NCBI GenBank assembly: GCA_030647205.1
Contig: JAUSJO010000005.1
Coordinates: 138,523-202,522 of the forward strand
From: a bacterium
Lineage (GTDB): Bacteria > Patescibacteriota > CPR2 > UBA1875 > JAJYID01
Direction of reading: 5' to 3'
Length of the DNA stretch: 64,000 bases
This document shows, piece after piece, positions 35,976-46,359 of this stretch (position 1 is the stretch's first letter; each line of letters begins with the position of its first letter). A program made the translations under genes and the position numbers. The notes below the pieces were generated by a model that had not been told where the DNA came from, did not search any database, and saw only the letters and a program-made list of their open reading frames with translations.

Positions 35976-37703
35976 ATGCGCAAAATTATATTCACATTTT
36001 TTATAACCCTGTTCTTCATTCCATTTATTTCATTTGCCCAAAGTGAGAGAATTACTGATTTTACAGCCAGTATAGACATCCAAAAGGATGCCAGTTTTGA
36101 TGTGACTGAGGTGATAATGTATGATTTTGGAAGCCAAGAAAGGCATGGGATTTACAGAAATATACCGGTTAAATACAAAACAGAAGACGGGCGAACCCGT
36201 CTTATAAAAATCTCAGATATAAGGGTTCATGACGGCGGCTCATCCAATCCGAGCCTTAACAATTATCGATTTGAAAAAAGTAATGTAGGTAATGATCTTC
36301 AGATAAAAATAGGAGATCCGGACAAATATGTTACCGGTTTAAAAAAATACGTACTAAACTACACGGTTAAGGGGGCAATAAACAACTTTGATGATCATAC
36401 TGAGTTTTACTGGAACGTAACCGGTAATAACTGGAATGTACCTATAGAAAAGGCAAGAGCTTATATCGTTCTTCCCGGGGAAGTCGGAAAAGAAAGTTTA
36501 CAGGCAAGCTGTTATAAAGGTCCGGTTGGGGCAAACACCACTTGCGGTTCTTTAAAGATTGAAACGGAAATGGAAAAAACGTTTAACTATACTATTGCTG
36601 ATTCTCCAATAAATTCGCTAGGACCAAACGAGGGGCTAACCGTGGCACTGGGTTTCCCGAAAGGAGTAGTTGCTGAGAAAGAGTACTTATATGAAGTGCC
36701 GTTTTTAAGCACTTTTTGGGGCAAAGTTTGGTTGGTCGCAAATATTGTCTTGCCGATAGCCGCATTTATTATAATATTTGCTTTCTGGAGAAAAAAAGGC
36801 AGAGACCCTCGGGGGAGAGGGACCATCATTGCCGAGTATGACGCTCCGGATGGCGTAGATCCGGTGGCAGTCGGAACGCTGGTTGATGAAAAGGTTGATA
36901 AAAAAGATATATCTGCCGGCATCATAGATATGGCAGTGAAGGGATATCTGAAAATTAACAGGCTTGATGGCAAGGGAATATTCAAAACAAAAGATTATGA
37001 ATTAACAAAACTGAAGGGTTCTCAGGGGCTAGCTGACTATGAACGGAAAATATTTGACGCTCTTTTTGCAAGCGGGAATACAGTTAAACTAAAAGATCTG
37101 GATGCGAGCTTCGCTACAGATGTAAAAGAAGCGCAGAAGCTTGTGTTTGAGTCTCTGGTGGCCCAGGGGTACTTTGCAAAAAGTCCACAAAAGGTAAGAA
37201 ATATATACTTGGTAGTGGGATTTATTGTTCTGTTCGCAGGATTTGCAGCCATGATGCTCGCGCCATCTTTGATAGCTGTTGGAGTGATAATCCTGATTTT
37301 TAGCTTCTTTATGCCGGCAAGAACGCTAAAAGGCGTCTACGCGAAAGAGCATATTTTGGGGCTTAAAGAATACCTAAGTGTTGCTGAAAAAGACAGGATA
37401 AAGTTTCATAATGCGCCCGAGAAAAATCCGCAAACTTTTGAAAAATATCTGCCGTATGCTATGGCTCTTGGAGTAGAGAAAGAGTGGGCGAAACAGTTTG
37501 AAGGAATATTCAAAGAAAATCCAAGTTGGTATAACGATCCATCGATGAGTACGTTCTCGGCGGTGGCTTTTGCATCAAGTATGGATAACTTTTCTACCTC
37601 TGCCGGTGCTGTTTCTGTACCTGCTTCGAGCGGTGGAAGCGGTCTCGGGGGCGGCGGTTTCTCTGGAGGGGGTATGGGCGGTGGAGGCGGCGGAAGCTGG
37701 TAA
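35976..37703 (+). CDS. DUF2207-like membrane protein with a Gly-rich C-terminus
   Basis: Signal/TM at the N-terminus, a large extracytoplasmic domain, internal TM pairs, and a C-terminal GGSGLGGGGFSGGGMGGGGGGSW typical of the DUF2207 family. The track start at 35898 runs through the terminator hairpin. Confidence 0.65.
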   Translation: MRKIIFTFFITLFFIPFISFAQSERITDFTASIDIQKDASFDVTEVIMYDFGSQERHGIYRNIPVKYKTEDGRTRLIKISDIRVHDGGSSNPSLNNYRFEKSNVGNDLQIKIGDPDKYVTGLKKYVLNYTVKGAINNFDDHTEFYWNVTGNNWNVPIEKARAYIVLPGEVGKESLQASCYKGPVGANTTCGSLKIETEMEKTFNYTIADSPINSLGPNEGLTVALGFPKGVVAEKEYLYEVPFLSTFWGKVWLVANIVLPIAAFIIIFAFWRKKGRDPRGRGTIIAEYDAPDGVDPVAVGTLVDEKVDKKDISAGIIDMAVKGYLKINRLDGKGIFKTKDYELTKLKGSQGLADYERKIFDALFASGNTVKLKDLDASFATDVKEAQKLVFESLVAQGYFAKSPQKVRNIYLVVGFIVLFAGFAAMMLAPSLIAVGVIILIFSFFMPARTLKGVYAKEHILGLKEYLSVAEKDRIKFHNAPEKNPQTFEKYLPYAMALGVEKEWAKQFEGIFKENPSWYNDPSMSTFSAVAFASSMDNFSTSAGAVSVPASSGGSGLGGGGFSGGGMGGGGGGSW

Positions 37704-37768
37704 AAAAGACTATTTCATGATATAGTTTATCCCACTACGAGGGAGAACTTTAAATATAACTATCAATC

Positions 37769-38311
37769 ATGCATTCATGGAAGGATGTGATCTTTTTGTC
37801 ATCTTCAGATGCTCAAGGCAGTTCGAGGAAAGTGTTTGATGCGAAGACAGAAGCACGTTTAGTGGAATTTCAGCAAAAGCTCGATGAACATGGCTTTGCT
37901 GCCAAGGTCCCGAGGGTCGAATATTCGAACTTCACCCAAACTCTCTTTTTCTACGGCAAAGAGGATAGGTCTAAGTTCCTATGCGGCTCGATTCAACTCG
38001 AAGAGTTTCTTGAGGGGAACGTTCACTTCTCGGATGAAGAGGAAACCGAGATCAGGAGTTGGTACGAAGTCAGTCTGTACAAGCTATTTCGTGAAGGTGC
38101 CAAAATAGAGAGTAGGTTGAGGGATCCCGACATAAGTAAAGACGAAAGAGCGGCCTTGACGTCAAAACACGACGAGATGAAAGCCGTGATATCCGAAGAG
38201 GGATTAAAAGCAAAAAGGATGGATACTCTCGGCTACTATTTCGGAGAAACCGATCCTGTCCGGAAAGAGCTGCTGTACGAAATCCATCACAGTATTCTCC
38301 AAGAATCCTAG
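37769..38311 (+). CDS. Hypothetical protein (180 aa), GC-rich
   Basis: An ORF with elevated GC. No recognised motifs. Confidence 0.45.
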   Translation: MHSWKDVIFLSSSDAQGSSRKVFDAKTEARLVEFQQKLDEHGFAAKVPRVEYSNFTQTLFFYGKEDRSKFLCGSIQLEEFLEGNVHFSDEEETEIRSWYEVSLYKLFREGAKIESRLRDPDISKDERAALTSKHDEMKAVISEEGLKAKRMDTLGYYFGETDPVRKELLYEIHHSILQES

Positions 38312-38328
38312 AGCGAAGGAGGGATGAC

Positions 38329-38703
38329 ATGAATGATCTGACCGAAGATGACTTTATCTGTCCAAAGTGCAAAACGCCTCTGCTCCAGAAAAATCTGGAA
38401 AAAAGCGGCATCCTAAGCCAAGGATACAACAAGTGCGGGAAATGCGGCAAAGGGCAGGAAGAAAAGTATGTAACTCGGTCCATTGACCTTGAAGTCATGA
38501 TTAGACACTGGCTGTCTAGGCTTCTACACGGAGATGATGAAAAAGAGATCTGTCATTTCTGGGGACATGTTAATGGGGAAATGGTCTCGAGCAACAACTT
38601 CAAAACCGAGTGTATCAAGAATGATGTCGAGATAATGGGTGAGGCCTTTGTGGTCGAAAAGATCTTTCTCAACATTATTCGGGATCTTCATGGAGGTGAC
38701 TGA
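38329..38703 (+). CDS. Zinc-ribbon hypothetical protein, GC-rich
   Basis: CPKCKT...CGKCGKG tetracysteine ribbon. RBS gaaggaggg. Confidence 0.5.
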   Translation: MNDLTEDDFICPKCKTPLLQKNLEKSGILSQGYNKCGKCGKGQEEKYVTRSIDLEVMIRHWLSRLLHGDDEKEICHFWGHVNGEMVSSNNFKTECIKNDVEIMGEAFVVEKIFLNIIRDLHGGD

Positions 38704-38715
38704 AGTAAATAAATG

Positions 38716-38770
38716 TGGGCGCGCCAAAAGGCGCGCCCATTTACTTTTTGTATACTTGTTTTGGTTTTTT
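38716..38770 (+). terminator. Intrinsic terminator followed by the TTTTGTATACTTGTTTTGGTTTTTT motif
   Basis: tgggcgcgcc aaaa ggcgcgccca then tttactttttgtatacttgttttggtttttt. Confidence 0.75.
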
Positions 38771-38924
38771 AGATCCATTAGAATTGATATGTAACAAATA
38801 TCAGGCAGTGGAAAACATTTATCTTGAGCTTATCTTTTTATAAGCGGGCCAGCCACTGCCAAAGTGGAAAGACACGGCGACCCCGTGTCTTTTAAATTAT
38901 TTTAATTTAGGTTAATATATTTTC

Positions 38925-40289
38925 ATGAAAAGAAATCGCTATTTTCTCTTTATTACACTGTTCTTCTTACCATCCGTGTCATTTGCAGGGGAGGGAAACA
39001 TAGTTATTCTTGGACTTTTTAGCTTAATTTATTTTTTTGGCTCATTTTTGGCTCTTGTCGCTCTTTTTGCGGCAGCTATATTTTGGCATGTAAAAAATAA
39101 AGACAAACTAAGGTTTTCTTCCTTTTTCAAGTCGAGGATGTTTCTGATTCTTAGCGGTCTTTTTGTTGGCGGCATATTTCTGGAATTTGTAGGGCTTGGT
39201 ATTTTGTATAAAATACTAGTCTCCATTTATGGGAAGGACGAGCCAAGTATGTTGGTGATTCTGGGTATTTGGGCAGTTATGAATCTGTTAGTCTATGGGA
39301 TTTTAATTGTTCCGACTTTATATTTCAAAAGAAAAGAACCGGGTACCAAGGGAGCGGTGATGAAGGTTATAGCTATACCTTTTGTTATTATTGCAGCCTG
39401 GATTTTGCTGGTTAGTGCATTTAACTTATATTATCTTTTCCTAGGTAAAGCGGTTAAAGAAAAAAATGTTACAGAGTCATGTGAAAATTTGCTAGCAGAC
39501 GCTCAAGAAAAAATTTCCGGGATGATGAGTGATAATTTGGACTCGCCACAGAGAGTTGTGATCTACGGAGACTCAAGAACTGGGATAGATACTCATAAGA
39601 AAATTATTTCTTTGATCATGAAAGCCCGTCCGGAAGCTGTCTTTAATGTTGGCGATATCGTCGAGGACGGAAGAAAGCCGGAGGAGTGGCCCGTTTTCAA
39701 TGAAATCACCAAAGATTTACGGGCAAATACAAACTTCTACCCGGTTTTGGGCAATCATGAGGAAGATTCACCTCTTTTCTATAATAACTTCGAGTTACCC
39801 GGAAATGAGCAGTGGTACTCGATCAACTTTAACAAAATACATTTTACCGTATTAAACAGCAACAAGGATCTAAGCGTGGGATCCGAGCAGTATAAGTGGC
39901 TGGAAAATGATCTTGCAAATGTCGGGAAAGATATAAGGTTCAAAGTTGTGACCTTTCATCACCCGCCGTTTTCATCAGGAAAACATGGCGGGGATGAGAT
40001 TAGCTCGGATCTACAGAAGAGTGTAGTTCCGCTTTTCGAAAAATATAAGGTGAGCGCAGTTTTTAACGGACATGACCATGACTATGAAAGATCCGAAGTG
40101 AACGGAATTTCTTATTTTGTTACTGGTGGCGGTGGCGCACCCCTATATCCGCCGGTCAGGAAAAATGAGGTTAGTAAGAAATTTGAAATGGCTTATCATT
40201 ATAGCGTTCTTGAGCGGACAAAAAATGCGCTTAAGGTCAGCGTATATGATGTTGATGATAAGCTGATAGACGAAGCCTCTATTAAGTAG
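38925..40289 (+). CDS. Membrane-anchored calcineurin-like metallophosphoesterase
   Basis: About 5 N-terminal TM helices, then GDSR, GDIVEDG, GNHE, and GHDHDYER phosphoesterase motifs. Confidence 0.8.
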   Translation: MKRNRYFLFITLFFLPSVSFAGEGNIVILGLFSLIYFFGSFLALVALFAAAIFWHVKNKDKLRFSSFFKSRMFLILSGLFVGGIFLEFVGLGILYKILVSIYGKDEPSMLVILGIWAVMNLLVYGILIVPTLYFKRKEPGTKGAVMKVIAIPFVIIAAWILLVSAFNLYYLFLGKAVKEKNVTESCENLLADAQEKISGMMSDNLDSPQRVVIYGDSRTGIDTHKKIISLIMKARPEAVFNVGDIVEDGRKPEEWPVFNEITKDLRANTNFYPVLGNHEEDSPLFYNNFELPGNEQWYSINFNKIHFTVLNSNKDLSVGSEQYKWLENDLANVGKDIRFKVVTFHHPPFSSGKHGGDEISSDLQKSVVPLFEKYKVSAVFNGHDHDYERSEVNGISYFVTGGGGAPLYPPVRKNEVSKKFEMAYHYSVLERTKNALKVSVYDVDDKLIDEASIK

Positions 40290-40353
40290 AAGGAAACCGT
40301 TTATTGTTGAAAGACGGACCAAAAAATGATATAGTTTCCTGGTATTTGGTGGT

Positions 40354-40442
40354 GCGCCGCGGTGGCTGAATTGGTATACGCGCGAGTCTTATTAACTAGT
40401 TCCCTAACAGGATGTGGAGTTCGACTATCCCCCGCGGCCCCA
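40354..40442 (+). other. Degenerate tRNA-like element (acceptor stem, T-loop and encoded CCA present; D and anticodon arms defective)
   Basis: gccgcgg (40356-62) pairs with ccgcggc (40432-38). U8-like tg follows. ttcgact T-loop at 40420-26. Discriminator c plus cca at 40439-42. The internal arms do not fold canonically. Confidence 0.25.
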
Positions 40443-40482
40443 GATATAATTAAAAACTCGAATTAGTGTAAGAGGGTATAAT

Positions 40483-40971
40483 ATGAAAATTTTAGAAGGG
40501 AACGAGCTAAAAGAAGCGGCAAAGTATGTAAAGAAGGCTGCTGATGCTTCGAAGAAATCAATTTGTTCGGTTTCAAAAGTCGGAGTTGTTCTGGTCAAGG
40601 ACGGCAAGGTTATAGGAGAGGCAAATAATGGTCCTTCCAGGAAAGCATGCAACCCATGTCTCATGGAGCTACTTGACCGAGGAGTGAAAACGGAACTTTG
40701 CTTCGCTATGCATGCTGAAGAAAGAGCGGTTCTGGATGCTTTGGAAAAAGGCAATGATATAGAAGGTGCGACAATTTATTCTGCGAAGGTAGTTGGCGGG
40801 GAAATGATACCGTATAAAAATGGTTTTTGCGCCGCTTGCGCCAGAGTTTTCTTGGAGGCCGGACTAGACAAGGTAGTTATTCCAAAAGAAGATGGACTTA
40901 CGCAGTACGATCCGGAAGAATACTATGACGTAAGCTTTGACAGATTTGTACAAAAAAAGTTCATAATGTAG
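40483..40971 (+). CDS. CMP/dCMP-type cytidine/deoxycytidylate deaminase family protein
   Basis: Zinc motifs HAEE (CFAMHAEERAV) and C..C (GFCAACARV) in the canonical order and spacing. Confidence 0.65.
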   Translation: MKILEGNELKEAAKYVKKAADASKKSICSVSKVGVVLVKDGKVIGEANNGPSRKACNPCLMELLDRGVKTELCFAMHAEERAVLDALEKGNDIEGATIYSAKVVGGEMIPYKNGFCAACARVFLEAGLDKVVIPKEDGLTQYDPEEYYDVSFDRFVQKKFIM

Positions 40972-41090
40972 GTATTCAAATTTTGATTGCTTGATGTTTC
41001 GTTTTGATATAAAATCGTGACTAGTAAGATAAAGGCCAACTGGAGAGGGTTGGTCTTTACTTTTGCACTTAAAATTCAACTGAAGAGAGG

Positions 41091-41840
41091 ATGGGTGAGG
41101 TGATGCAGATTTATCCGGGTGATCCGCTCAAAACGCTAGCATCAGTGAATGGGTATTATGAATGTCCGAAGGATGAGAGCGGGAGGCGTCTCGGTCCGCT
41201 TGTCGGATACGCAGGCACTTATAAGGATGAAAGTGGCATAAAGAGGCAAAAGGTCGGCGAGATATACTGTAACTTTGCAAAGGCAGATAACTATCCGCGG
41301 ATGCTTGATCAGTTCGCGCGCGACTTGCAACTTAACGGCTATATAGGAGGAACCATCCAAGCGTTTTGCGGTGCTCCCCTTGGCGGCTACTCCTTCTCGA
41401 CTGTTCTCGGGCTTGTTTACGATATTCCCGTGATAAAGGCCGAGAAAAAGGTGGTCGCACTGGCGACCCAAGGGTCTCGCGAGATGACGGATCTGGTTTT
41501 TGCTCGCGATCAAGTGGAGCCGGGAGTCAACTATGCGATCGTCGAGGATGTCTGTAACAACTTCTCTACAGTCGAGAAACTAGTTCCGTTGATATTTGAC
41601 GCGGGTGCATCTGTGAGCCAGATCATCTGTTTGCTTAATCGTTCAGCATTGGTGGATGACTACTACCAGATGAAAAATATGAACTTAAGTATTGCAGTGA
41701 ATAATCTTGTTCGTATAAAGATGCGGGACTTCCGTCAGGACGATCCTTATGTGCGGGAAGACATCGAGGTTGGTAATGTGGTCTGGAAACCGAAGGACGA
41801 TTGGGGCCGCCTCGAGAAAGCTATGGCGGAAGTGGCGTAA
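41091..41840 (+). CDS. Phosphoribosyltransferase-fold protein, GC-rich
   Basis: PRT-type nucleotide-binding motif YAIVEDVCNNFSTVEK (hydrophobic stretch, acidic pair, then small residues). The start is ambiguous between 41091 and 41103. Confidence 0.4.
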   Translation: MGEVMQIYPGDPLKTLASVNGYYECPKDESGRRLGPLVGYAGTYKDESGIKRQKVGEIYCNFAKADNYPRMLDQFARDLQLNGYIGGTIQAFCGAPLGGYSFSTVLGLVYDIPVIKAEKKVVALATQGSREMTDLVFARDQVEPGVNYAIVEDVCNNFSTVEKLVPLIFDAGASVSQIICLLNRSALVDDYYQMKNMNLSIAVNNLVRIKMRDFRQDDPYVREDIEVGNVVWKPKDDWGRLEKAMAEVA

Positions 41841-42010
41841 AACCCTCAAAATGAACAGTTAAAAATCAGGGCTCGGGATCCGAAAGGAACCCGAGCCCTT
41901 AAACATTGAAAGTAGAATTGACAGTAAGAGCGTTTTGAGGTAAAATCCATTCACCGAAAGTTCACTACTGAAAGCTACTCGGAGTACTCTAAGGAGGTGA
42001 AGTCTTTAAA

Positions 42011-42358
42011 ATGTGCGGTGAAACCCAGAAAATCAGTATGCCCGGTGCAGCCAGAAAGGTGACTCTTAGTAACATCAAGGAGTCACAACTTAAGGACCCC
42101 CGTTTTGGGATCTATAAAGTTGAGGCCGGTAGGCACGAAGGTGACTATGTCGTAGCCGACTCTGATGGTAATATGGTCGTCCTGGATCGCAAGAAGTATA
42201 ACAAGGAAAGACCGTTTGCCGTTGTGAAGGAAAACGGGTTCTATGTTCTCGAGGACCAGGAAAGCGGCAAAGTTTGGCTCACTCAAAGCGAGTGGGAGAT
42301 GCTAAACATGACGTCAAGAGGCAGTAAACGCAAGCGGCAGGCAGCCGTGCACAACTAA
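42011..42358 (+). CDS. Hypothetical protein (115 aa), GC-rich
   Basis: RBS aaggaggtg. Followed by the terminator at 42385-42420. Confidence 0.45.
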   Translation: MCGETQKISMPGAARKVTLSNIKESQLKDPRFGIYKVEAGRHEGDYVVADSDGNMVVLDRKKYNKERPFAVVKENGFYVLEDQESGKVWLTQSEWEMLNMTSRGSKRKRQAAVHN

Positions 42359-42384
42359 AAGTCTCATATTTTCGTTCTTTTGAA

Positions 42385-42420
42385 GCGCCCCGAGCACTTA
42401 TCTACCGGGGCGCTTTTTCA
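42385..42420 (+). terminator. Intrinsic terminator
   Basis: gcgccccg agcacttatctac cggggcgc tttttc. Confidence 0.7.
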
Positions 42421-42530
42421 TTGTTTAAGGTATATTTAAGTATAAAGATATTGACAAATGCATCATGATATGGTATTATGTCAGAGTTATTTTTTTGATA
42501 AAATAAAGCAACTTGAGAGGATGATGATTT

Positions 42531-43031
42531 ATGATTATTGCAATTATTTTGGCGGCAGTTGCTCTCTTTGTTATTCCCCAGGTTTTTCGGGAAAAAGAAA
42601 AAGATGATGGACTGAATGTCGCCGCCGGCATTTTTGCTGCCGCTGTGATTGTAGTCATCGGTGCGTTGGTAGGTGACGTGGTTAAAGATCACTTGTCAAG
42701 TGAAGTGGTTGTCAGCGAAATAAACATTGCTTCTGACCCAGGTAACCCAAACAACTTTATTCTCGACAAGTATTATGTTCCGGGCAAGCGCGGTAGTGGT
42801 AGAACTTATTACACATTGCTGACTGCTGAGGGTGATGGCTCCTACAAGCCAACATCTTTTGACTCTTCCCATTTCGCTGTCATTCCGGAAGATAGGCAGG
42901 ACGCAGTACTTCTTGTAAAAACACGGAGTTGTACGGCTGGTCCTTGGGCGAGTTTCATTTCCACCTGTTTCCATGATGAAAAACCAGATTTCGAGTTGCA
43001 TCAGCCAGCCAGTTCTTCAGGAGAGGCATGA
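42531..43031 (+). CDS. Hypothetical membrane protein
   Basis: Two N-terminal TM helices. A consensus promoter (ttgaca, 17 nt, tattat) lies at 42455-42483. Terminator at 43063-43089. Confidence 0.5.
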   Translation: MIIAIILAAVALFVIPQVFREKEKDDGLNVAAGIFAAAVIVVIGALVGDVVKDHLSSEVVVSEINIASDPGNPNNFILDKYYVPGKRGSGRTYYTLLTAEGDGSYKPTSFDSSHFAVIPEDRQDAVLLVKTRSCTAGPWASFISTCFHDEKPDFELHQPASSSGEA

Positions 43032-43153
43032 AATAATTCATCTTTTGTTATTGGCACCTAAAAGCCCGGATATACTCCGGGCTTTTTCATTGATAAAAAT
43101 CGAAATTTGCGGTATAGTTTTATGACTGTTTATATATTTAAGAAAGGGAATAA

Positions 43154-44437
43154 ATGCAAGTAAAAAGGGAAGATTTATCTAAGGTAAAAGTAAAACTAAC
43201 TATTGATTTGGCTGAGGCAGAACTAAAACCTCACATCGAGAAAGTCTATAAGGAACTGGCGAAGAATTTAAAGATTGCGGGTTTTCGTCCCGGGAAAGCT
43301 CCTCAGTTCGTTGTGGAAAAAGAAGTCGGTCAGGAAAAGTTCTATGCTGAAGTTCTGGATGCCGTTTTGCCGGACGCATACTATAACGCAATCACCCAAG
43401 AGAAGTTAGTTACTGTTAGCCGACCTGACATAAAAGTTGTAAAATATGCACCGACTGGAGGATTAACTTTCGAAGCGGAAATAGAAATCCTGCCGGAGTT
43501 CACATTGCCTGACTTCAAAAAGATAAAAGTTTCTAAAAAAGAAGCGAAAGTTACAGACAAAGATATCCAGGATGAAATCAAGGGTTTGCAGGAGAGCTAC
43601 GTCGAGTTTAAGCCGGTTGAGAGAAAAGCTAAGAAAGAGGATAGGGTAGAAATAAACTTTGAGGGAACGCGAAAAGGCTTGCCGGTTGAAGGTGCGAAAG
43701 GTGAGAAACACCAGATTGTGATCGGTGGTGGCATGTTTATCCCCGGTTTTGAAGAAAACCTGATCGGCATGAGCAAAGGAGAAGAGAAAACATTTGATGT
43801 TACGTTCCCAAAGGATTATCACGAACAGAGGTTACAAAGCGAGAAAGTGACATTTAAAGTAAATATAATCTCTATTTCTGAAAAAGTTTTGCCCGAGATT
43901 AACGATGAGTTTGCAAAGAAATTTGGGATATTTAAAAATGTCGAGGAACTCAAAAAGGGTGTAGAAAAAAATCTAGGCGAAGTTAAGGAAGCGGAAGAGA
44001 AACGAAGATTGGAAGAAGAGATAATGACAAAAATAGCAGATCATACTAAAGTTGAACTGCCTGAAGCGCTTGTGCATCAGGAAATCCACCGCATGTGGCA
44101 TGACGCTGAGGCAAACCTTGCCCAGTCCGGCGTAACCATGGAAAAATACCTGGAAATGACGAAAAAGACGCGCGAAGAGCTTGAGAAAGAAATGGAACCT
44201 GACGCAGAAAAAAGAGTTAAGTATGGTTTGATCCTGTCAAAAATCGCTGAAACTGAAAAAGTAAAAGCGACAGAAAAAGAGATTGAGACAGAAAAAGCGG
44301 TGATTTTGATACGAGCCGGAGAACATGCCGAGGAAATGAAGAAAAGGCTTAATGATCATGAAGCCTTACACCAGATTGAAAATGGAATTATTTCCAAAAA
44401 GACAATCGAGAAACTTTTCGAATATTGCGTAAAATAA
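43154..44437 (+). CDS. tig: Trigger factor
   Basis: Ribosome-binding N-terminal domain (GFRPGKAP), a PPIase-like middle domain and a C-terminal arm. 427 aa. Confidence 0.92.
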   Translation: MQVKREDLSKVKVKLTIDLAEAELKPHIEKVYKELAKNLKIAGFRPGKAPQFVVEKEVGQEKFYAEVLDAVLPDAYYNAITQEKLVTVSRPDIKVVKYAPTGGLTFEAEIEILPEFTLPDFKKIKVSKKEAKVTDKDIQDEIKGLQESYVEFKPVERKAKKEDRVEINFEGTRKGLPVEGAKGEKHQIVIGGGMFIPGFEENLIGMSKGEEKTFDVTFPKDYHEQRLQSEKVTFKVNIISISEKVLPEINDEFAKKFGIFKNVEELKKGVEKNLGEVKEAEEKRRLEEEIMTKIADHTKVELPEALVHQEIHRMWHDAEANLAQSGVTMEKYLEMTKKTREELEKEMEPDAEKRVKYGLILSKIAETEKVKATEKEIETEKAVILIRAGEHAEEMKKRLNDHEALHQIENGIISKKTIEKLFEYCVK

Positions 44438-44447
44438 AGGAGGCAAT

Positions 44448-45056
44448 ATGAATCCAAAAAACCAAATTTTAATCCCGACGGTTATAGAAAAAACTCACAT
44501 GGGTGAGCGGGCTTATGATATTTACTCAAGGCTTTTAAAAGACAGGATCGTATTCCTGGGAACGGCCATTGATGATACGGTGGCAAACATTATTATTGCT
44601 CAGCTCTTGTTTCTGGAAAGTGAAGATCCAAAAAAAGACATCCATCTCTACATAAACTCACCGGGTGGGTCTGTCTACTCGGGTCTAGCTATTTATGACA
44701 CGATGCAGTATATCAAACCAAATGTTGTTACAACTTGCGTGGGTATAGCGATGAGTATGGGAGCTTTGATCTTGGCAGGAGGCGCGAAAGGCAAAAGACA
44801 CTCCTTACCAAACTCAAGGATTATGATCCATCAGCTTTCAGGCGGATTTCAGGGGCCGGCTGCGGATATCGAAATCCAAGCTAAAGAAGCCCTATCACTC
44901 CGAAGCAGACTGGATGAAATTCTCGCAAAACATACCGGACAAAGCCTAAAAAAAGTATCAGCCGATACGGACCGCGACTACTTTATGACGGCAAAAGAAG
45001 CTAAGGCTTATGGCATAATTGATAAGATAATAGAAGAAAGAAAGCAGGAAAAATGA
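44448..45056 (+). CDS. clpP: ATP-dependent Clp protease proteolytic subunit
   Basis: Catalytic-triad context [14 protein letters not shown], and DTDRDYFM. 202 aa. Confidence 0.95.
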   Translation: MNPKNQILIPTVIEKTHMGERAYDIYSRLLKDRIVFLGTAIDDTVANIIIAQLLFLESEDPKKDIHLYINSPGGSVYSGLAIYDTMQYIKPNVVTTCVGIAMSMGALILAGGAKGKRHSLPNSRIMIHQLSGGFQGPAADIEIQAKEALSLRSRLDEILAKHTGQSLKKVSADTDRDYFMTAKEAKAYGIIDKIIEERKQEK

Positions 45057-46006
45057 AACTAGGCGAAATATATGATCTTTTTGTAAAGAAGGGGATAGAT
45101 GCTGATCCGCGCGGCAGAAAAGAAATTGAAAAAAATCTAAAGAAAGCAAAAGAAAAGTACGACAAACTGGATAAGAAAAAGAAAGACGAGTTTGATGCAG
45201 AGAAGCTATCAAATCCTTTTGCTGATACCCGGGTTTTGTTTGGCGGCTTAAAGACAGAGGTGAAAACGGTGCTGGTTGGCATCGATATGGAGGTGCCGGA
45301 AATTTTACTTGCGGATAGATTGAATGAAAAAGGGCAGAAAATTGATCTTGTTATAGCGCATCATCCAGAAGGAAAGGCTTTGGCAGGTTTGGGAGGTGTA
45401 ATGAATGTTCAGGCTGATATTTTTTATCATTACGGTGTGCCAATAAATGTTGCCGAAGGGGTTATGGCAGGAAGAATCGGAGAAATCTCAAGAGCAGTAG
45501 CACCGGCAAATCATGATAGGGCTGTTGATGCAGCAAGGATTCTCGACATTCCGTTTATGTGTACTCATACAGTCGCAGATAATCATGTTCATACTTTCGT
45601 TGAAAAATTTTTAGAGAAAAAGAAGCCGGAAACAGTTGGGGATGTTATAGAAGCTCTAAAAGAGATTCCAGAGTACAAAGCCGCGGCGAAGATTGGTGCT
45701 GGTCCTAAAATATTCGCAGGAAGTTCGAGCAAGAGAGCGGGAAGAGTTGCTGTCACGGGTATGACAGGCGGCACGGAGGGTGGCAAAGGGATTTATGCAA
45801 AGATGGCACAGGCCGGTGTCGGAACTATCATCGTTATGCATATATCTGAAGACCATAAAAAAGAGGCAGAGAAGTGTCACGTGAATGTTGTAGTTGCGGG
45901 GCATATGGCCTCTGACTCTTTGGGTATGAATTTGCTTCTTGATGAGATAGAGAAAAAAGGCGTGAAAGTTATCCCGACATCAGGACTTATTCGGGTAAAA
46001 AGGTAA
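45053..46006 (+). CDS. Nif3-family dinuclear metal-centre protein
   Basis: LVIAHHP and later HxxSE/GH metal-ligand motifs. Overlaps the clpP stop (ATGA). Confidence 0.7.
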   Translation: MKLGEIYDLFVKKGIDADPRGRKEIEKNLKKAKEKYDKLDKKKKDEFDAEKLSNPFADTRVLFGGLKTEVKTVLVGIDMEVPEILLADRLNEKGQKIDLVIAHHPEGKALAGLGGVMNVQADIFYHYGVPINVAEGVMAGRIGEISRAVAPANHDRAVDAARILDIPFMCTHTVADNHVHTFVEKFLEKKKPETVGDVIEALKEIPEYKAAAKIGAGPKIFAGSSSKRAGRVAVTGMTGGTEGGKGIYAKMAQAGVGTIIVMHISEDHKKEAEKCHVNVVVAGHMASDSLGMNLLLDEIEKKGVKVIPTSGLIRVKR

Positions 46007-46012
46007 TATTTC

Positions 46013-46310
46013 GTCATTCTGGTTTGGTCAGAATCGTATTTGTCATCCTGATGTACGAAGGATCTCATCCTCTCATTCCCACTTTCATCTGTCATTCCCG
46101 CGGAGACGGGAACCCAGTTTTGAATTATTTCCACTTTTTTAGAAAAAGTGGAGCAAAAATCGCGGCTTAGACGGTCTCTCAAAGTATCGTCTGGTTCGCT
46201 CTCTCATCTTTAAAAAAATTAACTCGCTTCTCTCAAACAAAATTCTTTTTAAAGGTTCGTTCACTCCCAGACTTTCTTTTCGAGCCGATAGCCGCAAGAG
46301 ATGCCCTAGA
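46013..46310 (+). repeat. Copy 5 of the mosaic intergenic repeat
   Basis: gtcattctggtttggtcagaat, gtcatcctgatgtacgaaggatct, gtcattcccgcggagacgggaacccag, ccacttttttagaaaaagtggagcaaaaatcgcggcttagacgg, and a module ending ttttcgagccgatagccgcaagag as in copy 3. Confidence 0.85.
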
Positions 46311-46359
46311 CCCAATGAATATTTGAAATGAGGATTATTAGTTGTATTATTGGTGTAAT

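Noticed and set aside
40354-40442. Calling the GC-rich island a functional tRNA gene
   Set aside because: The D and anticodon arms cannot be drawn canonically and the T-stem has mismatches at positions 49-65 and 53-61. It is reported only as tRNA-like or degenerate.
272-46310. Whether the dispersed repeats are a CRISPR array
   Set aside because: The copies are tens of kb apart and of unequal length and composition. There are no regularly spaced short direct repeats with unique spacers and no cas genes, so they are not CRISPR.
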